Source: Candidatus Omnitrophota bacterium
GTDB lineage: Bacteria; Omnitrophota; Gorgyraeia; Zapsychrales; Zapsychraceae
Length of the DNA stretch: 64,000 bases
Direction of reading: 5' to 3'
NCBI GenBank assembly: GCA_021108075.1
Contig: JAIORP010000135.1
Location: forward strand, 23,938-87,937
The stretch's first letter is position 1. Each line of letters opens with the position of its first letter. Positions 1 to 10,500 of this stretch are shown piece after piece. The translations under genes were made by a program, and so were the position numbers. A model generated the notes under the pieces. The model did no database searches. It was not told where the DNA came from and was given only the letters and a program-made list of their open reading frames with translations.

Positions 1-1089
1 AATAAAATAGACATCAACCAAACTCCGCCCGCGAATGTAAGCCAGGGGAGAAATAATCAGGTTTTGTTCTTCGAGTAATTTGACAATTTTCCGATGTTTC
101 TTTTCTTGCTCCAAAGGCGAATGTTGAATAACCCCAAGGTTGTCATACAAGGGTTGCATATACGGGCCAAGCTTATCATGCACATCTCCGGGCAGATATC
201 CGAGGTCTTTGTCGCTTAAGGGCACAACCGGACGAGCCAAATAAATCTGGCGATAATTTTCTCTCTGCTCTAAAGCGGCGGCTAAGGCAAGCAATGTCTT
301 GCCGGTTCCAGCTTTTCCAGACATGGTGACCAACTTGACATTTGGATTTAAGAGGGCATCAAGGGCAAAAACTTGCTCCACATTGCGAGGTTCAATGTCG
401 GATGCGGTCGTTTTCTTGATCAAAGTAATCATTTTGCATTCAGGATCAAATCGTCCCAAGACGGAATTCTTATCATTACGCATAACAATGTATTCATTGG
501 GTAAGAGCTTTTTTTTGATCTTTAACCATGCAATCGGAATATCAGACTCGGAATCAAGAATTTTTTTCATCAAAATTTTGGATACATTTTCTTCAAAACG
601 ATACCCCGTATATAAGTCTGATATATTGGCTACACGATCTTTCGTGTAATCTTCAGACTTTAATCCCAAAGCTTTGGCTTTAACCCGCAGGTTAACGTCC
701 TTTGTCACTAAAATAACTTCCGCCCGAGAACGTTTTTTAGAAAGACAATACGCCGTATTAAGAATCCGGTGATCGATCTTATCCTCAATGAAATTATACC
801 CGAGGTCACGGTGGAATTCTTGATCCAACTTGATGACCAATCGTCCTAAACCCTGACCAATATCAATGCCTTTGCTAAAGAGCTGTTCGTCACTAATCGT
901 GTCAATGGAGCGTAAAAAATTCCTGGCATGGTAATTCAAGGACTCATGGCCTTTCTTAAAACGGTCTAACTCTTCAAGCACAAAGATAGGAATAACCACA
1001 TCATTATTGCCAAATTGATTAATACATTCACTGTCATGTAAAATAACGTTTGTATCTAGGACAAAAATCTTTCTTCTATTATCGGACAT
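1..1089 (-). CDS. PhoH2-type protein (N-terminal PIN domain fused to PhoH-like P-loop ATPase); 3' end truncated by window start
   Basis: Reverse-strand translation from ATG (complement of 1087-1089) gives MSDNRRKIFVLDTNVILHD... (PIN-like acidic N-terminus), then Walker A GKAGTGKT and PhoH-like ARPVVPLS/LGYLPGD motifs; the frame is open to position 1. Not in the ORF track because there is no stop in the window. Confidence 0.8.
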   Translation of the reverse strand, partial: MSDNRRKIFVLDTNVILHDSECINQFGNNDVVIPIFVLEELDRFKKGHESLNYHARNFLRSIDTISDEQLFSKGIDIGQGLGRLVIKLDQEFHRDLGYNFIEDKIDHRILNTAYCLSKKRSRAEVILVTKDVNLRVKAKALGLKSEDYTKDRVANISDLYTGYRFEENVSKILMKKILDSESDIPIAWLKIKKKLLPNEYIVMRNDKNSVLGRFDPECKMITLIKKTTASDIEPRNVEQVFALDALLNPNVKLVTMSGKAGTGKTLLALAAALEQRENYRQIYLARPVVPLSDKDLGYLPGDVHDKLGPYMQPLYDNLGVIQHSPLEQEKKHRKIVKLLEEQNLIISPLAYIRGRSLVDVYFI

Positions 1090-1449
1090 ATTACCACTCC
1101 ATTTTTAACCGTTAACGGGTTCATGTTTCAAGTATAAATGTATTTCATACCCGACGCAATAGAGGCTTCAGTATCTAATGAAAGTGTTTTATCTTACGCA
1201 GCAAAGACAACTCTCTAAATATATAAATATTCAACAATAATAACGCCAATGGCATTGGTATAAATAACCTAAATAAGGGCAAATATTACTACAAATAGAA
1301 CGGAGAGTCCAAAAGCAAAGCTAAAATAGTTTCAGGGATATTGTGTTTGAGCACGATCCAGCGCAGATAAAATACAGACAGAATATTGAGAATATTAAAC
1401 TGATTTGCTAAATCATATAAAAACCAGGAAGGAACGGAAAAGGAAATCA

Positions 1450-2307
1450 TCAATCGTTGCGGGCAACAGTCGTCTTCGATAACAGATGGGCGGTATAAGG
1501 TTGCAGAATAAAATGTTTAATAGCCATGCCAACATTTCTGTCCTTTTTATGTATTTTAAAAATCATCGGGCGCAGTTCTTCAAGGATATAAGATTTTTGG
1601 ATGGCATAATCGGCAGATGATAAACTGCGCATATGATCCATCATTCGATCTAAAGTATTGTATTGTTTTCTTGCGTCAAAGTCATACCCTATCGGCATAC
1701 GATATTGTATCCTTGTCATCAACTTACTGATCATTTGATCTTTCATCCGATTAGACTGTTTGTCCTTCATCTTATATATGATATCCAACTTTTTAGTCAT
1801 TCCTTTGAGATTGTCGGCTTGTCCAATCCGCCCAGATGAGCGATGAGGGATGACACAGGGTTTGTATGTTTCCAGTATATATATCTGTTCTGGATTTAAT
1901 GTTCTTTTGATAATATCAATCACTTTTTGTATTTTTTTCTGATATACGATTTCTGTATTTTCAATTTCATGCTGATAATGACGAAAACGTCTTTGGATAT
2001 GCGGGGAGATCGTCAATTTCCCTGTTTGCACCTCTCTTAAAATATATTGGAATGTTTGTTTCTGATCCACATAATGTTGCTGGATCGTCCGGTCATATTG
2101 CCGTTCAAATATCGCTGCTTTATGGACCTGAGCGATTAAAATTGTTTTCTGAGAAGGGGTTAATTCTAAAGCGTTCATCAAATTGGTAATAACGATCTGT
2201 TTCTTCAATGCTTTTACGTCTGTTTGATATTTTGTTTGTGGGAAGCAGGGGCAAGCCAAAATGCCGATAACAATAAAAGACAACAAACAACAAATAATAT
2301 TTTTCAT
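1450..2307 (-). CDS. hypothetical secreted protein (N-terminal signal peptide)
   Basis: 285-aa ORF; N-terminus MKNIICCLLSFIVIGILACPCFPQ is hydrophobic and signal-like; no recognisable catalytic motif. Confidence 0.5.
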   Translation of the reverse strand: MKNIICCLLSFIVIGILACPCFPQTKYQTDVKALKKQIVITNLMNALELTPSQKTILIAQVHKAAIFERQYDRTIQQHYVDQKQTFQYILREVQTGKLTISPHIQRRFRHYQHEIENTEIVYQKKIQKVIDIIKRTLNPEQIYILETYKPCVIPHRSSGRIGQADNLKGMTKKLDIIYKMKDKQSNRMKDQMISKLMTRIQYRMPIGYDFDARKQYNTLDRMMDHMRSLSSADYAIQKSYILEELRPMIFKIHKKDRNVGMAIKHFILQPYTAHLLSKTTVARND

Positions 2308-2538
2308 ATCGCAATCCTCCTTCGATCTCTGAACCCATCTGAGGCGAAGAAGTTCTGCATAAAACAGCGCAAATAATATTTTTATTTTTCGTTGATTTTA
2401 TATCATCCAAATATAGAATAATTAAGAGACCTCAATAATATACATCTGTCAACAGATTAAAAAGATGAATTCGTTCATTTTTTATGCTCTGACACAAACA
2501 AAGAAAGACATTCGTCGTTCTGGTTTAAGGAGAATAAA

Positions 2539-2916
2539 ATGAAAAAAATTCTGGTCATTGATGATGATTTAACCGACTTAAGAATTATCGATAAAAATAT
2601 TTCCTCCCATAATTATGAAGTCATCACAGCCGCTACTCCTCAAGATGGCCTGAATAAAGCAAAAGAAATAAAACCTGATCTCATTATTCTGGATATTATC
2701 ATGCCGGATATCGATGGTGCGGAGGTTTATAGTCTGCTGAAAAAAGAACCTGAAACACACAATATCCCTGTCATTTTTTTGACAGCAGCTTTAGATAAAG
2801 AGAAAAATGAACAAGTATTAGGGCCCGACATAGAGGAAGACTTTTTTAATATCATTGCCAAACCATTCAACGAAAAAGAAGTGATTGATCGCATTAAAAG
2901 CATTATTGGCGAATAA
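2539..2916 (+). CDS. single-domain response regulator (CheY-like receiver)
   Basis: MKKILVIDDD...PDLIILDIIMPDIDG...FLTA...KPF: canonical REC acidic pocket, phospho-Asp, Thr and Lys positions. Confidence 0.85.
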   Translation: MKKILVIDDDLTDLRIIDKNISSHNYEVITAATPQDGLNKAKEIKPDLIILDIIMPDIDGAEVYSLLKKEPETHNIPVIFLTAALDKEKNEQVLGPDIEEDFFNIIAKPFNEKEVIDRIKSIIGE

Positions 2917-3194
2917 ATCTTTCTTTAAACCCACAATACGCACTTAAAACACCCATCTACACACGAAATAAGTGCAGCATGAACACCCGTTGGTTCGCAA
3001 ATCCTGTTGTAGCGCCCGTTTCAAATCTAAAACGCAACACAACTATCTATTTTGCTCCTTGTCATGTCATTATTCCGCCTGATGACTTGATCATCTGAAA
3101 AAAATAATTTAAAACAAACCTTTTCATTGTAAAAAAAATAATGATAATAATAAATAGAAGCCACAGGGATAGCAAAACAGGGATAGACATTATA

Positions 3195-3277
3195 ATACCA
3201 AATCCATTAATAAATTGTTCTATCTTAATTCTGAAAAGCAGAATTGGTTTTGGTCATTATTTAATGGAATTGGTATA
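3195..3277. repeat. copy 1 of an ~82-nt imperfect-palindromic intergenic repeat family (ATACCAAATCCATTAATAAATTG...CATTATTTAATGGAATTGGTAT)
   Basis: Near-identical sequence recurs at 15955-16036 (same orientation) and, as reverse complement, at 18669-18750 and 48421-48502. The two arms are mutually complementary, with AATTCTG-AAAAG-CAGAATT at the centre. Confidence 0.85.
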
Positions 3278-3345
3278 ACGACACAAAAATGACAGATTAA
3301 CGCATGATCAAATTGTCGTTGATGACCATTTAAAATCATTAAGAA

Positions 3346-4110
3346 ATGAATATCTTTAAACGACCAATAAAAAAATTACTCAATTATATCAAAGTGATAA
3401 AATCAACGTTAATGACAAAAATCATTACGATGACCACTGTCTTAATTCTTTTAATTGCCCTTGAGCACCTTTTTTTTGTGCTCCACATGAAAAAAGAATT
3501 ACTACTCTTTCATGCTCATTCAAGCCATTCTTTTGTTGAACTTGTCAAAAAAGAATTATTAACAGTCGCCTTACCTGGTCAGGACCCGACAAAGAATGTC
3601 AGTGATCTTGAGCACAAAATTCATCAATATCACAAAGAACAATGCACCGAATACGAACGCCATGTGAATGAATCAATCCGCACTAATATTTTCCGAGATT
3701 TAGTCATCCTCATTATTTTTATGAGCATCCTCTTATCTTTAACTTATCACGCGTTAAAGCCTATCAACACCCTGACTAAAGCGATTTCTGAAATTAACAC
3801 CGGAAACTTTGATTATGATTGGAGCATCCAGACGACAGATGAGCTTGCATTTATGAGTGAATCCATAAACATAATGAGACGAAACCTCAAACGCATAGCG
3901 TTATCAAGGCAGGAACTAAACAAAGAAATTGCTGAACGAAAAAAAATAGAGCAGATATTAATCGAAGAAAAACACAACTTAGAAGTTTTTCAAAAAGCGG
4001 CAGTCGACCAAGAAATGCACATTATCAAACTTAAAAAGACGATAAACAACTTTATGACCAAAAAAGGACTCACACCCAAATATCGGATGAGTGAAAATAT
4101 TGAATTATGA
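3346..4110 (+). CDS. membrane protein with two TM segments, HAMP-like linker and coiled coil (sensor input module)
   Basis: Hydrophobic segments IITMTTVLILLIALEHLFFVL and LVILIIFMSILLSLTY, followed by a HAMP-like region (PINTLTKAISEINTGNFDYDWSIQTTDELAFMSESINIMRRNL) and a heptad-rich tail. Same frame as the downstream kinase gene but separated by stops. Confidence 0.6.
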   Translation: MNIFKRPIKKLLNYIKVIKSTLMTKIITMTTVLILLIALEHLFFVLHMKKELLLFHAHSSHSFVELVKKELLTVALPGQDPTKNVSDLEHKIHQYHKEQCTEYERHVNESIRTNIFRDLVILIIFMSILLSLTYHALKPINTLTKAISEINTGNFDYDWSIQTTDELAFMSESINIMRRNLKRIALSRQELNKEIAERKKIEQILIEEKHNLEVFQKAAVDQEMHIIKLKKTINNFMTKKGLTPKYRMSENIEL

Positions 4111-4173
4111 CCTTCAATGTTAAATCTCTCATAAAATATCATTCCGGATCACATTAATAAAGCACCAATCTTT

Positions 4174-6690
4174 ATGTCTAATAACGCGCGATATGAAATC
4201 GACACGATCATCCAAACGGCAATAGACGGGTTTTGGATAAACGATTTGGATGGAAACTTCAAAAAAGTCAACAACAAGTTCTGTGAGATGATCGGTTATG
4301 CTGAGGAAGAACTATTATTAATGTCTCTGGCAGACATTGAAGCGGTCGAAAAGCCTTCAGAAACAAAGGAACATATTCAAAAAATTATGAGCAATGGCTC
4401 AGACCAATATGAATCATGTTTAAAATGCAAAAACGGACAAATTATTGATGTTGAAATTAAAATCTCACATTTAGAACCCGATAATATCCAAATTGCGTTT
4501 GCCAAAGATATTACAGAAAAAAACATAGCCAACAAATCAATCAAAGAAAGCGAAGCATTATTTAGCGCGCTTTATGAACATTCGAGCGATTCGATTATGT
4601 TGTTGGATAACCGCGGTTTTTTTGACTGTAATCCGGCGGCATTACATACTTTTGGTTACCCGGCTAAAAAAGCATTCTGCCAACTGCACCCTAAAGATTT
4701 ATCTCCTCCAAAGCAACCGAATGGAAAAAATTCAATGAACCAAATGAATAACTATATCGGTGAGGCCATCAAACACTCAATTTGCCGATATGAATGGACA
4801 TTTAAAAAAAAGGATGAATCTGTTTTTCCGGCTGAGGTTATCCTCAACACGATCGAGATGCATGGAAAAATCATTATTCAAAATGTCGTTCGAAATATTG
4901 CAAATCGAAAAAAGGCTGAAGATGACCTCATCACCGCTAAAACTCAAGCAGAAAAAAACGAAATTAAGGCGTATAAAGCCCTCGTCGAAGTCGAAAGGAC
5001 CCAAAAGGCCAATATCAGCATGATGGAGAACGCGATCCTGGCTAAAGAAAAATTAGAACATCAATCTCATCAATTGAAAAAAGCGCGATTAAAAGCTGAA
5101 CAAGCCTCAAAAGCAAAGAGTGATTTCCTTTCAAACATGAGCCATGAGATTAGAACCCCCATGAACACAATTTTAGGTTTCAGCAAGCTTTTAAAACGCT
5201 CTGAATTAACGTCAAAACAATCTCATTATTTAAACCTCGTATTATCCAGTGGGGATTATCTGCTTGAACTGATTAATAACATCTTAGACCTGTCCAAGTC
5301 AGAAGCTGAACGAACCCAACTTGAACAGATCGATTTTAATATTGAAAAACTTGCTGATAATGTTCTTAAAATCGGGCAATCAAAAATCGACAAAAAAAAT
5401 ATTGAATTTTATCTCTACATTCACCCGGATGTTCCGGAAGAATTAAATGGAGACCCAACACGCCTGCGACAAATGTTGATCAATTTGATTGGTAATGCCA
5501 TCAAATTCACGGATCAAGGGCACGTTGGGCTGATCATCCAAAAAGAAACAGTAAATAAAGTCAATGTCCCTGACTGGACAGAAAATGAAGACCAATGTTT
5601 CTTACGATTTTGTGTTGAAGACTCAGGAATCGGTGTGCCAAAAGAAAAAAACGAATTCATATTTGATGTCTTTTCTCAAGCAGACACATCAACCACAAGA
5701 CAATACGGAGGAACAGGATTAGGTCTTGCCATATGTAAAAATTACGCCCAATTGATGAAAGGAAAAATATGGGTCGAATCCGAAGGAAACAACGGCAGTA
5801 AGTTTATCTTTAACGCCCTCTTATTTAAATCCAAAAAGCGGGTCCAAAAAGCACTGCCGGAAGCCTTCAGGGACCTAATAACAAGCAAAACAATCCATAT
5901 CATTGATGATAACTTTACGATCAGTCAGCATTTAAAACATATCTGTACAGACATTGGGTTCAAAAACATCAAATGTGACAACACTCCCGAATATTTATAT
6001 GAAACAAAAAACGCCAATGACAATATCCCGGATATCATATTGATAGATATTCTTCTTGAGAACGATAAATCTTTTCAATTGGTCCATCAGGCCTCAAAGC
6101 AAGACCATCTGAAATCCATAAAAATAATTGGAATGACATCCAGCATGGACGATCTTGAGCCTGAAAACATAAAAAAAGAAGGTTTTTTAGGACTCCTAAC
6201 GAAACCTGTAACAAAAAATGATTTGTTACACATTTTGGCTAGCAATTATGATTTTAAAGACATATTCAGTGCTGATGAGCTTCAGCAAGAAAAAAATGAG
6301 ATGACATGCAAAGGACTTAAAATCCTTGTCGTCGATGACAATATTCCCAATCAAGCCCTGATCAAATCCTATTTCCGCGTTCTCGGCTGCATCGGAGATT
6401 ATGCCGGCAATGGCCAAGAGGCTGTTGAAAAAATAAAAAAAAACAACTATGACGTTTGCTTAATGGACTTACAAATGCCGGTAATGGGGGGGCAGGAAGC
6501 GACCACAATAATCAGAAAAGGCATTAACAAAAATATTCCCATACTAGCCCTTACGGCTGACGTCGTACAGGAAGATAAAGAAAAAGCGCTCGCGACAGGA
6601 ATGAACGATTATTTAACGAAACCCATCACCTTATCCCGACTAAAAGAAAAAATCCTTAAATACAGTCAAAAAAAAATCGACTCAAAATAA
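4174..6690 (+). CDS. hybrid sensor histidine kinase (PAS-PAS-HisKA-HATPase_c-pseudoREC-REC)
   Basis: PAS-like N-terminal repeats; H-box SHEIRTPMNTILGF; N, G1 and G2 boxes (IGNAIKFT, DSGIGV, GGTGLGLAI); C-terminal receiver KILVVDDN...VCLMDLQMPVMGG...LALTA...KP. Confidence 0.85.
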   Translation: MSNNARYEIDTIIQTAIDGFWINDLDGNFKKVNNKFCEMIGYAEEELLLMSLADIEAVEKPSETKEHIQKIMSNGSDQYESCLKCKNGQIIDVEIKISHLEPDNIQIAFAKDITEKNIANKSIKESEALFSALYEHSSDSIMLLDNRGFFDCNPAALHTFGYPAKKAFCQLHPKDLSPPKQPNGKNSMNQMNNYIGEAIKHSICRYEWTFKKKDESVFPAEVILNTIEMHGKIIIQNVVRNIANRKKAEDDLITAKTQAEKNEIKAYKALVEVERTQKANISMMENAILAKEKLEHQSHQLKKARLKAEQASKAKSDFLSNMSHEIRTPMNTILGFSKLLKRSELTSKQSHYLNLVLSSGDYLLELINNILDLSKSEAERTQLEQIDFNIEKLADNVLKIGQSKIDKKNIEFYLYIHPDVPEELNGDPTRLRQMLINLIGNAIKFTDQGHVGLIIQKETVNKVNVPDWTENEDQCFLRFCVEDSGIGVPKEKNEFIFDVFSQADTSTTRQYGGTGLGLAICKNYAQLMKGKIWVESEGNNGSKFIFNALLFKSKKRVQKALPEAFRDLITSKTIHIIDDNFTISQHLKHICTDIGFKNIKCDNTPEYLYETKNANDNIPDIILIDILLENDKSFQLVHQASKQDHLKSIKIIGMTSSMDDLEPENIKKEGFLGLLTKPVTKNDLLHILASNYDFKDIFSADELQQEKNEMTCKGLKILVVDDNIPNQALIKSYFRVLGCIGDYAGNGQEAVEKIKKNNYDVCLMDLQMPVMGGQEATTIIRKGINKNIPILALTADVVQEDKEKALATGMNDYLTKPITLSRLKEKILKYSQKKIDSK

Positions 6691-6738
6691 ATCATATTCC
6701 TATTCATTAAAAATCTAATCAATGCTAATATATCGACA

Positions 6739-7074
6739 GTGGAAAAATTAGATATTAATTTTCTTAATTGCGCCAATCAACTTGGTCTTAGCTTGGAAGA
6801 CTATAAAGAATTATTAACGATATCACTCGCGGATGCCAATCAAGATATCATGCGGTTGGAAACAATTATTGAAAATAAACAAGAAGATCAATATTTTCAA
6901 GTCATCCATCATCTCAAGGGTACTCTTTGTTCACTGATGATTAAAAGCGTGACAGATACGATTTCGACAATGAATGATCTTGCCCAAAAAAAACAAAATT
7001 TAAACCAAATTCCAAAATTATATTCCGTCCTTAAACAAAGGATAAATCAACTCAATATCAATTTAAATGAATAA
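6739..7074 (+). CDS. histidine phosphotransfer (Hpt) domain protein
   Basis: Hpt signature HHLKGTLCSLMI (HxxKG); small all-helical protein between the kinase and receiver genes. The start is a GTG with no RBS, so the true start is uncertain. Confidence 0.6.
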   Translation: MEKLDINFLNCANQLGLSLEDYKELLTISLADANQDIMRLETIIENKQEDQYFQVIHHLKGTLCSLMIKSVTDTISTMNDLAQKKQNLNQIPKLYSVLKQRINQLNINLNE

Positions 7075-7104
7075 TTTAATATTTTCAGAAGGAGGATGTG
7101 CGTG

Positions 7105-7497
7105 ATGTGGAAAATTTTAGTTGTTGATGATAATGAAAGAAATGTCGAACTTATCGTTGAGACACTCGAAGGCATTGCTAAATGCCAAACAGCTAAAAAT
7201 GGAGAAGAAGCTCTGACCGCTTATAATACCGCCATTACAGGCCAAAACGCTTTTGATGTTGCCTTATTGGATGTCGCCATGCCTGGTATTGATGGAATAG
7301 ATGTATTGAAGGCCATTCGAGCGAAGGAGGAAGAGCGGGGGATCCCATTTGGTGAAGGCATGCCGATTATTATGGTCACGGCAAACAAAGAACCGTTTAT
7401 CAAGGCCTATCGTACCGGTTGTGACGACTACATCTTAAAGCCAATCGATCCAGAGAAACTCATCACAATGATTGAAGAAAAGCTTTCTAACAAATAG
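7105..7497 (+). CDS. single-domain response regulator (CheY-like)
   Basis: MWKILVVDDNERN...LLDVAMPGIDG...IIMVTA...LKP; GGAGG RBS 9 nt upstream of ATG 7105 (the track ORF starts at 7096). Confidence 0.85.
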   Translation: MWKILVVDDNERNVELIVETLEGIAKCQTAKNGEEALTAYNTAITGQNAFDVALLDVAMPGIDGIDVLKAIRAKEEERGIPFGEGMPIIMVTANKEPFIKAYRTGCDDYILKPIDPEKLITMIEEKLSNK

Positions 7498-7550
7498 TAT
7501 TTGCCTTCGAGGTACGATGTTATTATACACCCGGTTTTCCATAAAGACAT

Positions 7551-10500
7551 ATGTCTAAGAGCAAAATCACATTACCCCAAACTGTTTATGTCGATAAAGA
7601 TAAATGCATTAACTGTCATGCCTGTATTTCCGCCTGTCCTGTAAAATATTGCAATGATGGAAGTGGTACGGTTGTCAGTATCAACTCCGATCTCTGCATT
7701 GCCTGCGGAAAATGTATCCAAACCTGCTCTCATCAGGCCCGTTTTTATACCGACGATTTGCCGGCCCTCCAACGGGCCATTCACCGACAAGAAAGAATCA
7801 TTGCTGTCGTCGATCCGTCTATCGCTGCAAATTTCCAACATCAATTCTTAAACTTAAATGGATGGTTAAAAAGTTTCGGTGTTCATGCCGTTTTTGATAT
7901 CAGTTTTGGTGCTGAACTATGTGTCAAAAGCTATGTCGAATATATTCAGAAACAATCACCTCCCATTATCATCATACAATCTTGCGCCGCTATCGTCAGT
8001 TATATCGAAATGTATCAGCCGGAACTGCTACCTTATCTAGCGCCTATTGACAGCCCGATGATACATACAATCAAGATGATACGAAAATACTATCCTCAAT
8101 ACTCCGACCACAAAATCGCGGTGCTTTCACCTTGTCTCGCAAAAAAGAGAGAACTTCATGAAACAAATATGGGAGACTTTTACATTGCCGATCTTTCCCT
8201 CAAGCAATATATCAAAGACAACAATGTTGAACTATCCAGCTTTCCTGCCATTGATTATGATGATCCATCGGACGAAAGGGCTGTCGTTTTTCCATCTCCA
8301 GGGGAATTACTTCGTACCTTAAAACGTTGGATTCCGAATATGAGCTATCTGGCCCGCGAGATTGAAGGAACAGAAACGATCTATGATTATCTAAAAAAAC
8401 TTCCGGCTATTTTAAACAAGGAAAAAATCAACACACCGCTTTTGATTGATTGTTTAAATTGTGAACTAGAATGTACCGGAGAACCCCTCACCTTAAACAA
8501 AAATAAATCTGTTGAAAAAATTGAATATTGGATGCAACAAAAAAACAAAGCCATGCAAATAATACATCGACAGGATCAATCAAATCAAGACATAAACATC
8601 AATGACATCGTATCAAAACATTGGTGTGAACAGCTATATCACAGGAGTTATCTTGATCTATCAGATTCCGTGCAGATTAAAAACCCCACGCTAGCAGAAC
8701 TGCAGGCAATTTTTGAAACCATGCATAAGTATTCAGAAAAGGATATCATCAATTGCAGCTCTTGCGGTTATGGCAAGTGCGAAAACATGGCAAAAGCCAT
8801 CTATAACAAGCTGAATCGGCCTGAAAATTGTCATCATTATCTCGCCCAAAAATCTGATATCAGGAAGAATAAAATTCAGTTAAACGAAAAACGTTTGAAA
8901 CACATCCTGGATACAACTCTCGAAGGTTTTGTCCAGGTCAATAAATCAGGATACATTCAAATGGCCAATGAAGCCATGGCGAATATATTGGGGGCCACAC
9001 CAGATAAAATCATCAATCATCCGATATCGAAGTTTATTTCGCCGCTTCAAGACATCGACTTTGGGAACATTATAAACCTCAAAAATCTTACGAAACATAA
9101 ACTCGAAGTTACGCTTTCCAAATTAGATGGATCGACAATATACAGTTTATTCCACATAAATATTTTGACAGATGAAAACAACCAACCTATTGGCTATTTT
9201 GCTTTGGTCAGTGATATTACAAATCTTAAAAACACGGAAAAAGAATTAAAAAAATTCCAGGATCATTTGCAGCAGCTCGTTGAAGAACGAACGCAGGAAT
9301 TACAAAAAATAAATTTCCAGCTTGAAGAAGAAGTTACTCAGCGAAGAAAAGAGCAAAATAAAATTCAAGAAAGTGAACAGGAAATCCGCCGAATTATGAA
9401 TACGATTCCTCATGCGGTCCTAGAATTAAAAAATCGTCAAATCGTCTTTGCCAACGCTGCCGTTGTCGGCGTATTTGGCTGGCAAGCCAATGAACTCATT
9501 GGAAAAACGACACAAATTCTGTATTTGGATGATAACGAATTCGATAAAATCGGTCAATATTTTTATCCCGTACTAGCCAAACAGGGGATTCATCATGGTG
9601 AATTCAATATAAAGAAAAAAAACGGACGCAATATTATTTGTATGATCAGTGCATCGTTCGTAGGCAAAGAAACGGATAACGAGAGAGTGATCGCTGTTTA
9701 TGAAGACATAACAGAACGCAAACGGGCAGAAACAGCCCTCCATCTGGCTAAAGAGGCGGCAGAAGAAGCCAATCGCTTGAAATCTCAATTTGTTTCAAAT
9801 GTGTCACATGAAATCAGAACACCCCTCAATTGCATTATTGGTTTTGCTGATGTCATCTTGCAATCCGAAGACCTAAACAGCATCCACCAACAGGCTGAAA
9901 TCATATTAAATGAATCTGAGACACTCCTCAATCTCATTAACGACCTTTTAGATCATGCTAAAATTGAGGCTGGTAAATTGAATATCGATCAACATGGTTT
10001 CGACCTCTATGGCCTTATCAATCAAATTGTGCAAACCATGCGGATCCATGCCAATAAAAAAAATTTGCAATTTTATGCTTCCATTGAGAAAACTGTTCCT
10101 CAATATGTGATTGGTGACAGTTTGCGAATCCATCAAATCATTATAAACCTACTCAGTAATGCCCTAAAATTCACCCATGTAGGATCCATCACATTACTCA
10201 TTGAATCCTTTGATAAAAAAAAGGATCAAGTCACTCTTCGCTTTTCCATTATTGATACAGGAATAGGAATATCCAGAGAACAACAAAACAAAATATTTGA
10301 AAGTTTTACGCAAGCGGATGGAAGCACAACCAGAAAATATGGGGGAACAGGACTAGGTACAACCATTGCCAAAGATCTTGTACAGATTATGCACGGACAA
10401 ATGGGGGTCTCAAGTGAACAAGGTAAAGGAAGCACTTTTTGGTTCTCCTTACAGTTTGAACGATGCACAGACCTAAGCAAGGTTAAAAAATTTCATCAAA

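Noticed and set aside
299-649. 116-aa + strand ORF
   Set aside because: Lies entirely inside, and antisense to, the PhoH2 gene; no RBS; composition atypical.
2120-2410. 96-aa minus-strand ORF overlapping the 5' end of the 1450-2307 gene
   Set aside because: Out-of-frame overlap with a better-supported gene; extends into the divergent promoter region; likely spurious.
2985-3025. tRNA-like T-loop string GGTTCGCAAATCC
   Set aside because: The flanks do not form a T-stem, acceptor stem or anticodon arm; no cloverleaf can be drawn, so it is not a tRNA.
4760-5023. Two short overlapping ORFs (+ and -) inside the hybrid kinase gene
   Set aside because: Alternative-frame artefacts within a well-supported PAS/HisKA coding region.
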